The notes under the pieces are model-generated. The model did no database searches. It was not told where the DNA came from and worked only from the letters and a program-made list of their open reading frames with translations. A program made the translations under genes and the position numbers. Shown piece after piece: positions 1-9,135 of a stretch of DNA of 64,000 nucleotides. The DNA is from Candidatus Marinacidobacterales bacterium (GTDB taxonomy: Bacteria; Acidobacteriota; Vicinamibacteria; Marinacidobacterales; SMYC01), in NCBI GenBank assembly GCA_965237955.1, contig OZ250169.1, positions 4,992,001 to 5,056,000 on the forward strand. The letters are read 5' to 3'. Position 1 is the first letter of the stretch; every line of letters begins with the position of its first letter.

Positions 1-289
1 CAGATCGTCGGCATGCTGGCGTCCGGGGTCTCTTCTTCGCTCATGCATCATCGGCTTGTCCGCCGATGGCGGTGCCGTACTATCCACAAACTCGATCACC
101 GTCACAACTCCTTGCCCAGCGGGTAAGCGCAACAAGCTGGGTTTCCTGCCATCCACCGGAAAGCTTCACCCAGGGGATGCTACAAATAACGTGTCGTTTC
201 GCTTTTATACTACGTTAGCAACCTCAAGACGGTTGAACAAGCCGACAACCGCGAGGCTGACTTGGCGAGCTTCGGAAGCATCGCTCCGG

Positions 290-1400
290 CTAGTGTCCCC
301 ACGAGTGAGCGGTTCCCTCGGAGGCCAGCGAGACGTAGACGGTCTCGTAGCCCCTCGCCATGGTCTCGACCGAGAAGCGTCTCTCGGCGTTCGCGCGGCA
401 GGCGGCGGGAGAAATGCCGTCGAGGTCCTTGACCGCGGCGGCCGCCTCGTCGAGCGAGTCGACGACAAACCCCGTCTCGCCGTCCACGATGATCTCCGGC
501 AGGGCGCCGTGGCGCGTCGCGATCAGCGGCGTGCCGGAGGACTGGGCCTCGACGGCCACGAGACCGAACGGCTCGCACCAGTTGATCGGGAAGAGGACCG
601 CCGCCGCCTTCTGGTAGTACGGCGCCAACTCCTGCTGCGACAGCAGGCCCAGGTACTCGATCTGCCCACCGTCGAGGTGGGGCCGCACCCGGGCGTCGAA
701 GAACTCCTGGTACCGGGCCTCGATCATGCCGGCCATGAGGAGGCGTCTGCCGGATCGCTTTGCCACCTCGATGGCCCTGTCCGGACCCTTCTCGGGTGAG
801 AGGCGACCCGCAAAGAGCAGGTAGTCGTCTTTTTCGGCCTCGAACGGAAACTGCTCGATCCGAATGCCGTTGTAGACGGTCGCGACGTAGTTGAGCTCCG
901 GCAGCATCCGCCGCTCGGCGTCCGAGAGAGACACGAAAGGCAGCTCCCGGTAGGCGCCGCAGGATCGGGTGCGTTGCCCGCACCCACGCCGAGCCGTGCA
1001 GCGTCGTGACCAGCGGGCAGCGGATCAGGCGGCCGAAGACGAGCGCATGGACGTGCAGGTGCGAGTGGACGACGTCGAACTCCCCCTCGGCACCGCGTTG
1101 CATGCAGGCGGCAATGTGCAACTCTTCCAGCACGCGCGCGTCCGGCGGGCCTTCCAGGTGGCCCGTATCCGGATCGAACTCCGTCGTCCTGCAGCGTTCC
1201 GCCTCCGGCCAAGTCGAGAGCGCGTGGGGAACGGTGGTCACGACCTTCGCGCTGCTCCGCGTGCCGCCGGCGGCAAAGAGGGTCACGTCGTGACCGAGCC
1301 GCACGAGCGCCTCGGTCAGGTTGTACGCCACCAGCTCCCACGGTCCGTAGCCGCCGAGAGGAAGCGGCCAGCTGATGGGAGCGAGCATGGCGATGCGCAT
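290..1400 (-). CDS. Glycosyltransferase family 4, split by a frameshift near 950
   Basis: N-terminal MRIAMLAPISW..GGYG (ORF 210..1400) continues into ORF 290..934 with GRLSPEKG and EPFGLVAVEAQSSGTP, typical of GT-B/GT4. Confidence 0.85.
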
Positions 1401-1406
1401 GGGTGG

Positions 1407-2476
1407 CTAATACGTCCTGCCCGCGAGCCCGCGGCGAAGATCGTAGGCCGGCCGGCCGGTGCGGGGGTCCATGGGATAGCGGCGGCAGAGTTCGGCGAGC
1501 ACGTCCTCGTGGCTGAGAGCGACGTTCATGACGGTGTCGTTGCCGCCGTAGTACACGAGAACGGTCCCGTCTTCGCGCCTCAACGCGCCGCACGTGAACA
1601 CGACGTTCGGAACGTGGACGTAGTCGGTGTCGCGCACCGCACAGTCGGCGCGGCTCGGCGTCAGAATCGGGATGGCCGACACCCGCACCGTCGCCGGGGC
1701 CTCGAGCTCGTGCAGGGCGACACCGAGAACGTACGGGTTCCCGTCCATCGTGGTGCGGACCCCGTGGAAGATGTCGAGCCAGCCGTGCGGGGTCCTGATC
1801 GGCGGCGCGCCCGGACCGATCTTGTCGGCGAACGCCGACGGCCCCCCCCGGCGCGCCACAGCGGCTCGTCGGAGATTTCCCAGCGGCCGGACTCGATGCG
1901 GTCGGTGGTCCCGATCCTGATCTCGGCGAACGCCTGGTTGGGGCGAAAGAGCGCCCAGAACCTGCCGCCGATGGCCTCCGGGAAGATCACGACGTTGCGC
2001 ATGTCCGTTTCGAGGACGGGGCCGTGGCGGGTGAACGCGTTGAAATCCGTCGTCGTGGCCAGCGACACCCGCACCCTGTCCTTCATCCGGGCGTGATAGG
2101 CGCTGTAGGTCACAAAAAAGGTGTCGCCGATCTTCGAGATGCGCGCATCCTCGACGCCGCCCGCCTCGTTTTCGACCAGCCGGGCCCGGTCGACGCCGTC
2201 CGCAAAGAGATCGCCCTCGCGGCACGGAAGCATGGCCGGCTACGGATCGACCCGCCAGTCGTGGAGGCCGTCGGCGCTTCGGGCCAGGCCCAGCACGGAG
2301 ATGCCGTCTCGAAGGTGCGACCTGAACAGCATCAGGCTCTCGCCGCCGTGCTCGGCGATCCCCGCGTTGTGAACCGTCCTGACCTGGAGGTCAGGACTCT
2401 TCCAGACGGCGTTGACGTCGTGGCACGTCAGGATCGGATTGCCGTCGAAACGCTGGACGGGTGCATCGAGATCCAT
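1407..2476 (-). pseudogene. GH130-family glycoside hydrolase/phosphorylase with an in-frame TAG (2240-2242) and a frameshift in the C-run near 1845
   Basis: Motifs [46 protein letters not shown] and YYGGND spread over three ORF pieces. Confidence 0.8.
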
Positions 2477-2504
2477 CAGCCCGAGACCACCTTGGGCCCC
2501 GCGG

Positions 2505-2635
2505 CGCAGTCGAAGCCACTCGGAGCGGAAAGTTCCCTCTTCGTCGAACCGCTCGTAGGTGTGAGCGCCGAAGTAGTCGCGCTGCGCCTGTAGGGGGTTG
2601 TGCAGGAGCCGCTCGCTGCGGTACCCGTCGGCCAT
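2505..2635 (-). pseudogene. gnd: C-terminal remnant of 6-phosphogluconate dehydrogenase
   Basis: [30 protein letters not shown] matches the Gnd C-terminus; the rest of the gene is absent. Confidence 0.8.
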
Positions 2636-2778
2636 GCTGGGTCTCAAGGCGTATGCTACCATGCGACCCGTGACCATGTCCCCACGGGAGTTCTGCGAGC
2701 GTTTCTGCGGCCAAGGATCGTCTGCGAGAAGAAATGGAAGTTCGGTGTTTGACGGCCCAAACCGAGCCCTTGCCGATG

Positions 2779-3050
2779 TATTCGAGCGACGGATCATCGG
2801 ACAAGAGCTCGCGCTGCAGGCGCTGACCTGCACGTTTCCTCGCGTCCTGGCCGGCCTTCGCGATCCTCGCGTCCAGTCTTGAGTGTATTATTATTGGGTC
2901 CGACGGAGCGTTGGGACAAACGGAGACGGCCTAAGCGCTCGCTCTAACGCTCTTCGGCTCGGAGAACGCGCTGACCCGTGTGATAGTGCTCTTCGATGAG
3001 ATCGAGAAAGCGCACCCCGTGCTCTGGAACGCCCTGCTCGGGATCCTGAG
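2779..3050 (+). pseudogene. Degraded ClpA/ClpB-family second AAA+ domain
   Basis: Fragments [21 protein letters not shown]..(K)TETA, LFGSENALTR and VLFDEIEKAHPVLWNALLGIL, with stops, frameshifts and an internal deletion. Confidence 0.75.
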
Positions 3051-3125
3051 GCTTTGTCGGTGCTGAGCGGCTGACGGAGCCTGTGAGAGTGATGTAAGTA
3101 CGTTGCAATCTAGAGCCACGAATCA

Positions 3126-3368
3126 TCAATCCTTATCGATATCGTTCAAGATATCGTGAATCGTGTCTGGCTGCGCGGCATAGTTGTGCGTCATGTTGGT
3201 CGTGAAGATTTCCTTTGCGGCCCGGTCGCCGGCGTCGTCGGAGGATAAGCCCTGGTTCGTAAGCGCACGTACGCGGTCCCTCCATTTTCTAACCTGGGCA
3301 GGCGTTGGCTCGTCCTGAAAGAGGCCATACAGAATCCGAAGCTTGTGCTGCGCATCGCGAATGCTCAT
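3126..3368 (-). CDS. Small hypothetical protein (80 aa)
   Basis: ATG preceded by AGGAGAAAAAGG; intact ORF in a lower-GC segment. Confidence 0.6.
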   Translation of the reverse strand: MSIRDAQHKLRILYGLFQDEPTPAQVRKWRDRVRALTNQGLSSDDAGDRAAKEIFTTNMTHNYAAQPDTIHDILNDIDKD

Positions 3369-3574
3369 CCTTTTTCTCCTGTCGTCGCTTGTAAATGCTG
3401 CATTACGACAACCTTATTTTTTCAAATCGAGCGTAGGCATAGCTTAGTGAAATTAACGGCGATTCTGGAGGAATTCTGGGGAATGCGCGGGCTGAATGCA
3501 AACGGTCGTTCCAACGCGGACCGTTTTTTGGTGTTGGGAAATCTGTTGGGACTCAGGTGGCGAAACTCGGGTAA

Positions 3575-3758
3575 AAAACCGTGCAGGAGCTCGGTGGCTG
3601 GAAGTCGCTTCAGATGGTGGAGCGCTATCACGCACCTGTCACCAGCGCACCTCGCGAACGCGATTGAATCCATCGTTGGGCGTAAAGGTCCCAACGGTGA
3701 GAAGACGACGAAACGCGGGACCGCGAAGCTAGGCCCTGCTAAGCGAGGCGTACGGTAA
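3575..3758 (+). pseudogene. Tyrosine integrase C-terminal remnant
   Basis: KTVQELGGWKSLQMVERY/THLSPAHLANAIE (box II with catalytic Tyr; 1-nt frameshift after Tyr), pointing toward the tRNA fragment. Confidence 0.8.
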
Positions 3759-3760
3759 TT

Positions 3761-3864
3761 TTCATTACTCTAGGGACCGGATCCTTTTCACTACGCTATT
3801 CACTACACTCGGGATCTTGGAAATATAACCCTTTTACTTTCAACTCGTTAGGTTGCTAACGTAT
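3761..3864. mobile_element. att-site arm of an integrative element
   Basis: TTCA(C/T)TAC direct repeats at 3761, 3787 and 3799; IHF-like TTTCAACTCGTTA at 3838-3850; abuts the tRNA anticodon stem. Confidence 0.6.
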
Positions 3865-3908
3865 CAGTTTCTGAGACTGCTGCGTCTGCCAGTTTGCGCC
3901 ACCTGGGC
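3865..3908 (-). tRNA. 5' half of tRNA-Leu(CAG), truncated
   Basis: GCCCAGG-TG-GCG CAAACTGGCAGA CGC-A-GCAGT CTCAGAA ACTG; variable arm, T arm and 3' acceptor strand are missing. Confidence 0.85.
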
Positions 3909-3949
3909 ACACTTGTCCTGTTCGAATGACCTCCGTGTGGTTGCCGGGC

Positions 3950-3985
3950 AAAAAAAAGCCCCTGCGGCCGCGCCGAAGGGGCTTT
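3950..3985 (-). terminator. Intrinsic terminator between the leader ORF and the tRNA
   Basis: AAAGCCCCT/AGGGGCTTT stem running into 8 T on the minus strand. Confidence 0.8.
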
Positions 3986-4005
3986 GATTCGATCTTCGAT
4001 CGAGT

Positions 4006-4089
4006 CTAGACTTCCACCTCCGAAGCGGACCGGTGCACACCGCCTCTTGGGCCGCTAAGTAACTCGGATAGCCGAAGCCGCTGTATCAT
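4006..4089 (-). promoter_or_regulatory. Putative Leu-sensing leader peptide MIQRLRLSELLSGPRGGVHRSASEVEV
   Basis: 27 codons with Leu codons CTT, CTA, TTA, CTT at positions 5, 7, 10, 11; extended -10 TGTTACTAT just upstream; terminator 20 nt after the stop. Confidence 0.5.
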
Positions 4090-4140
4090 GACGATCGAAA
4101 TAGTAACACGTTTTATCGTGGACGTCGCGGGTTTTCACGC

Positions 4141-5028
4141 ATGGATGCCATTGCGCGCGCACGGCTGAGTCTCGAAGGGCTGTCGCTCGGAGACGGATTT
4201 GGCGAGCGGTTCTTCTGTGCGCCCGAAGTGCTCGACTTCCTACTTCGTGAACGGGCGATGCCCACCGGACCGTGGCGCTATACCGACGATACGGTGATGG
4301 CGCTCTCTATTGTTGAAGTGCTCGAGCGTCACGGGGAGATCGAATCGAACCGTCTCTCTGTTCTGTTCGCGAAGAAGTATGCCGAGGATCCGGATAGGGG
4401 TTACGGCAGCAACGCCCACCGCATCCTCCGGGCGGTCGGCAACGGTGAAGACTGGAGGGACGTTGCGCCGAGCGCTTTCGGCGGTGCCGGCTCGATGGGG
4501 AACGGGGGAGCGATGCGGGTGGCGCCTCTGGGCGCGTATTTTGCCGACGACATCGAGCGTGCCGCTTTCGAAGCGCGGCGCTCGGCCGAAGTAACTCACG
4601 CGCATTTGGAAGGGCAGGCGGGGGCGATCGCTGTCGCAGTGGCGGCGGCCGCTGCCATCAACGGTGAGGATCTCCTGGATGCAGCCCTACGACTTACGCC
4701 GGCGAGCGAGACGAAGCACGGGATCGAGCGCGCCGCGGCGCTGTCTCCGGATTCGAGCGTCGCGGTTGCAGTGGAAGATCTCGGAAATGGCTCGCAGGTC
4801 GTTGCTCAGGACACGGTGCCGTTTTCGCTTTGGTGCGCCGCACGCCATCGGGACGACTTCGAAGAAGCGATGTGGACGACGGTGAGCGGGCTCGGCGATC
4901 GCGACACGACGTGCGCGATCGTCGGCGGTATCGTGGCCGGTGTCGTTGGAGAGGATGCGCTGCCCGCGTCCTGGCTCGAGCTGCGGGAGCCGCTTACGAC
5001 CTTTGCCGGTCATGGCTGGCCGTCGTGA
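4141..5028 (+). CDS. ADP-ribosylglycohydrolase family protein
   Basis: GDGFG, YTDDT, GNGGAMRVAP, THAH and GDRDT motifs. Confidence 0.9.
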   Translation: MDAIARARLSLEGLSLGDGFGERFFCAPEVLDFLLRERAMPTGPWRYTDDTVMALSIVEVLERHGEIESNRLSVLFAKKYAEDPDRGYGSNAHRILRAVGNGEDWRDVAPSAFGGAGSMGNGGAMRVAPLGAYFADDIERAAFEARRSAEVTHAHLEGQAGAIAVAVAAAAAINGEDLLDAALRLTPASETKHGIERAAALSPDSSVAVAVEDLGNGSQVVAQDTVPFSLWCAARHRDDFEEAMWTTVSGLGDRDTTCAIVGGIVAGVVGEDALPASWLELREPLTTFAGHGWPS

Positions 5029-5047
5029 TCCTTTTTGTGGAAAGATA

Positions 5048-5650
5048 ATGTTCATCCATTCGATCGACGAGAACACGACGCTTGCGTTGGTCGAGATGCG
5101 CGACGCCGATGAGCTGTTCGAGCTCGTGGACGCGTCGCGCATGTACCTTCGGGAATGGCTTCCTTGGGTCGATGCCAGTGTGTCGGTGGAGGATACGAAG
5201 GCGTTCGTCTACGCAGCGCAACAGCAGTATGCTCTCGGTGACGGTTTCCAGTGTTGCATTCGCTACCGGGGGAAGATCATTGGCGTCATCGGATTTCACC
5301 GAGTCGATCGGTTCCACAAGCACGCCGAGATCGGCTACTGGTTGGCGGAGGAGTATCAAGGTCGCGGGATCATGACCGCGTGTTGCCGCTCATTCGTCGA
5401 TTTTGCCTTCCGCGAGTACAAACTGCACCGCGTCGAGATCCGGGCGGCGGTCGAGAACCAGAAGAGCCGCGCGATTCCGGAGCGTCTCGGCTTCACCCAC
5501 GAGGGAACGCTCCGCGAGTCGGAGTGGGTAAACGACCATTTTGTGGACGGCGCGGTCTACGCGATGTTCGAGCGCGATTGGACCTCTCCCCCGTCGGGGG
5601 AGAGGTTGAAGACTGCACCGTTCGTCCCCCGTGGGGGAGAGGACAGGTGA
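5048..5650 (+). CDS. RimJ/RimL-family GNAT N-acetyltransferase
   Basis: EIGYWL..YQGRGIMT and N.KSRAIPERLGF..EG.LR. Confidence 0.9.
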   Translation: MFIHSIDENTTLALVEMRDADELFELVDASRMYLREWLPWVDASVSVEDTKAFVYAAQQQYALGDGFQCCIRYRGKIIGVIGFHRVDRFHKHAEIGYWLAEEYQGRGIMTACCRSFVDFAFREYKLHRVEIRAAVENQKSRAIPERLGFTHEGTLRESEWVNDHFVDGAVYAMFERDWTSPPSGERLKTAPFVPRGGEDR

Positions 5651-5695
5651 TGGGACGCACGTGACCTGGTTGTAGTAAGCTCCCTCCCCGTGGCT

Positions 5696-6712
5696 ATGAA
5701 GAACGTTCAGAAACGAAAAACGAAGCTCAAGAAGCCGCCCATTCTCTTTTCGAAGACCCAGCGCATCGTGCGGGCGATCGCCGAAGAGACCGATGGGACG
5801 TTTCTCACCTACTGGAACTCCGCCGGCGGCAGCGTGTGCCACAACGATGTCATGGGTTTTTACGAAGTGCTGCAGCGCATCGGTCACCAGGACGACCTCC
5901 ATCTCTTCATCAAGTCGGACGGCGGTGATGGCACGGCATCGCTCCGCATCGTCAATTTGCTCCGGCGCTATGCCGAGCGGCTCGTCGCCCAGCTCCCGCT
6001 CGAGTGCGCGTCGGCGGCGACGATGGTGGCACTCGGCGCGGACGAGATTCAAATGGGACCGCTCGCGTTTCTCACCGCAGTCGACACCTCGATCACCCAC
6101 GACCTCTCACCTATGGATGTCCACAATCGACGCGTGAGCGTGAGCCAAGACGAGCTCAACCGTGTGGTGAAGCTGTGGCACGAGGAGTCCGAGGCGAAAG
6201 ACTCCGAGAATCCTTATTCGGATCTATTTCCCCACGTCCATCCGCTCGTCATCGGGGCGGTCGACCGCTCGAGCTCGCTCTCGGTAAAGCTCTGCAGCGA
6301 GATCCTCGGCTTCCATCTCGAGGACAAGTCGAAGGCGGAAGCGATCAGTATCCACCTCAACTCGGCGTATCCCGCGCACGACTACCCCATCATGCGACAA
6401 GAAGCGCAGCGAGTGGGGCTCAACGTGAGAGATCTGGACCCGCGGCTCAACCAGATGCTTCTCGATCTGCACGGTCTGTACTCGGAAATGGGACAGTCGG
6501 CGGTGACCGACTTCGACGAGCGGAACTATCACAACAACGAGATCCTCAACATCATCGAGAGCATCGGCATTCAGGTCTACTACCAAACCGACAAGGATTG
6601 GCACTACCGTACGGAAGAGAAGCGCTGGGTGCCGCTCAACGACGAAAGCTCATGGCGGAAGGTCGAAAGGATCGGGACGAAGACGGTGAGCTCCGTCATC
6701 CACATTCGCTAG
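5696..6712 (+). CDS. ClpP-like SDH (serine dehydrogenase proteinase) family protein
   Basis: S.GGDG, ECASAATMVALGADEIQMG, AVD and H.YPI motifs. Confidence 0.75.
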   Translation: MKNVQKRKTKLKKPPILFSKTQRIVRAIAEETDGTFLTYWNSAGGSVCHNDVMGFYEVLQRIGHQDDLHLFIKSDGGDGTASLRIVNLLRRYAERLVAQLPLECASAATMVALGADEIQMGPLAFLTAVDTSITHDLSPMDVHNRRVSVSQDELNRVVKLWHEESEAKDSENPYSDLFPHVHPLVIGAVDRSSSLSVKLCSEILGFHLEDKSKAEAISIHLNSAYPAHDYPIMRQEAQRVGLNVRDLDPRLNQMLLDLHGLYSEMGQSAVTDFDERNYHNNEILNIIESIGIQVYYQTDKDWHYRTEEKRWVPLNDESSWRKVERIGTKTVSSVIHIR

Positions 6713-6899
6713 TCCCCTGGATCTTTGATTACTATACAAAGTTAGGCTTTTCGCCAGCCCATAAGATTCATAAGATTCATGCACTTAGAAGGGTTTCGGC
6801 AAGCTCTGCTTTATCTAGTTTGTTCTGATACAGGGGACTAGCCGGCGCTAGGCGAGCCCGAGCTTTCTGAGCGCTTCTTCGGGACATCCCGTCAATTGT

Positions 6900-7102
6900 C
6901 GAGGAGCGCTTCCCGCTCGGAGGCGTCGCAATGCGGGTGACGTCGACTTCATGGATGATGCGCCCGCCGGGAAGAGGATTCCGTAGTTTTCTTCTTTCGT
7001 CGGCTCCGGCTTCGGTGAGCACTTTCGCCGCCATCCCGCCGCCGGCACCCGAGCCTACAATCGCGACGTCGTACGTCTTCGGTGTGCGGATGAGTTGACA
7101 TT
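6900..7102 (-). pseudogene. GMC oxidoreductase remnant with a large internal deletion
   Basis: KTYDVAIVGSGAGGGMAAKVLTEAG (FAD-binding) joined almost directly to C-terminal-like PGGRIIHEV. Confidence 0.6.
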
Positions 7103-7266
7103 ATAAATGAGTCCCTCAAACGCGACGCGCCCGTTCACTGGGACTTCACCCAGGAAAAACTGAAGACGTAGAGCGCAGGCTCCCGTCATCCGAGGTTGCT
7201 TTTGTTGGGGATGCCGCGTACTCTCGTCCAATTCGAATCGACAACTGGAAGCGACACAAGTCGAGG

Positions 7267-8137
7267 ATGCTGCCGCGAAGGTCAAAAACGCGAATCGGTT
7301 TCGGGCTCCGATGTCTTTTTCTCGGGTTGTTGCTTCCCGGAACAGCGCTAGCGGACGCGTCTAGCATCTTTCCGGCGTTTGCGCCCATTCAGTTCGAACC
7401 GGACTTCCGCGGTGGCGCTCCTTCGAACCAAATCTCGGTGGAGTACGTGTTCTTGAGGGAGCTCGCCGAGGGCGGCATCAACATTCCCATCGGTTGGAAC
7501 GTCTCGTATGCTCGGAATCTCAATCGCTCGCTCGGAATCGTCGGCGAGGTCGGCACGAGCTACAAGAGCGAGGGGGGCATTTCCGTAGCCCTGTGGGATT
7601 TCATGGGAGGCGTGCCGGTTGTCGAGTCGTAACAATAGCGCGGTCACGCCTTACTTCGAGGCCCTGGGCGGCGTCGCGGTGCTCGGGGTGTCGGATGGCG
7701 TCACCATCGTTACGTTCACCGAGCCCTCTGTCCAATCCCAGCCCTACCGCTGCCGGAGATGCAGGAACTGCCCCCGCCACCGGCCCAAGTGGAGAAGCCT
7801 GCTCCGATCGAACCGCTGCCACCGCCGCCGAGACGGCAACTTCGAGCTCGCCGCCGTCGCGTTCACGGTGCATCTCCGGCAGGAAGACCAGAACCAGTTC
7901 ACCGCCGCGATCGGTCTCTTCTGCGATCGCAACAACGTCGCCGCGCACGTAGTCAACTCCGGCTACGCACCCGAGCTGTTCCTGCTCAGCGTTCCCCGGG
8001 TTGGTCAAAGCTGCTTCGGGATCTATTGGGGTCTCTTCGGTTCGCGCGCGGAAGCGCAACGCGGTATCGAGACCATGCCTTCCGGCATTCGCACTGCCGG
8101 ACCGGTGGTGATGCCGATATCGCGTGTCGTCCGCTAG
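7267..8137 (+). CDS. Exported protein: beta-barrel-like N-terminus, Pro-rich linker, SPOR-like C-terminus (frameshifted)
   Basis: Signal peptide ending TALA; GWNVSY..LGIVGEVG; TPYFEALGG; PPPPAQVEKPAPIEPLPPPP; FGIYWGLFGSRAEA. Confidence 0.5.
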
Positions 8138-9135
8138 AAGGTCAAGTCGAGCCGGGTGAGGCGCCCGTCGGGGCCGACGAGAAAGCCCGTGCCCGAGGGA
8201 GTGAACGCGAGGCTCCAATAACTGTCGGCCGAGATCGAGGCCCAGGTGCTGCCGTTGTCGATCGAGTAGCTCGCACCGCCCGGTCCCACGGCGACGAGCG
8301 TCAGCGTGCGCGCGCCGGGAACGTACGCGATCCCGTAAACCGCGCCGGGAAACGTCGGCCCGGCGACGAGCCACCAGCTTTCGCCGGCGTCCTCCGACAC
8401 CGCCACGGTGTCCTCGTAGTCGTCCGGAGTCGAGATATCGCCGCCGGCGGCGACGCCAGCGCCGCTTTCGAGAAACGCGACCGACGTCAGGCCTGACGTC
8501 TCGTTATCGTGGGGAACCGGCGTGCGGATCACGTCCCAGCTCTCGCCTCGATCCCTCGTGCGGAGGATGCGGGCTCCGTTTACTCCCATCGCGATGTACG
8601 CCGTCGATGAGCCGAGGACGGTGACGCACGTCCCGCTCGCGGCGAAGCCGCCTTCGCCCGCGAGCGCGGGCGGCAAGCGATCGGCGCTGATGCGCTCCCA
8701 CGTCGCACCGTCGGCCGTTTTGATGACGACGATCTCACCATCGACGGAATCACTGTAAGCGAGGCCGTTGTTCTCGTCCCAGAAATCCATGCAGTCGAAA
8801 AACGCTTCCGGGATCGGGTTCACGAACTGAACTGTCCAGCTCGCGCCACCATCGATGGTTTTGTAGATGCGTGATGCGTCCCCCGGGCCCGCGCTCAGGA
8901 GGTAAGCCGTGTCGGCGTCAACGGCATGAACGTCGCGAAACTGTCGCTCCTCGGCGCCGGCGACGACGCCGGCCGTCCACGTCGCGCCGCCATTGATCGA
9001 GCGGACGAACGTCCCCTCGAGCCCGCTCGCCCAGATCACGTCGTCGCCGGAGGCACTGATCGCCTGCAGGCGTGCCGTCGTTCCCGACGGCTGCTGCGTA
9101 AGCGCAAACGTTGCGGCGAGAACGAACGCGATCAT
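8134..9135 (-). CDS. Secreted BNR/Ycf48-like beta-propeller protein
   Basis: Repeated S/TxDGGxxW Asp-boxes; GEGGFAASG. Confidence 0.85.
   Translation of the reverse strand: MIAFVLAATFALTQQPSGTTARLQAISASGDDVIWASGLEGTFVRSINGGATWTAGVVAGAEERQFRDVHAVDADTAYLLSAGPGDASRIYKTIDGGASWTVQFVNPIPEAFFDCMDFWDENNGLAYSDSVDGEIVVIKTADGATWERISADRLPPALAGEGGFAASGTCVTVLGSSTAYIAMGVNGARILRTRDRGESWDVIRTPVPHDNETSGLTSVAFLESGAGVAAGGDISTPDDYEDTVAVSEDAGESWWLVAGPTFPGAVYGIAYVPGARTLTLVAVGPGGASYSIDNGSTWASISADSYWSLAFTPSGTGFLVGPDGRLTRLDLTF

Noticed and set aside
4141-6712. ADP-ribosylglycohydrolase, GNAT and SDH protease as a toxin-antitoxin or defence system
   Set aside because: All three are common stand-alone families, there is no ADP-ribosyltransferase partner, and they lie outside the att boundary.
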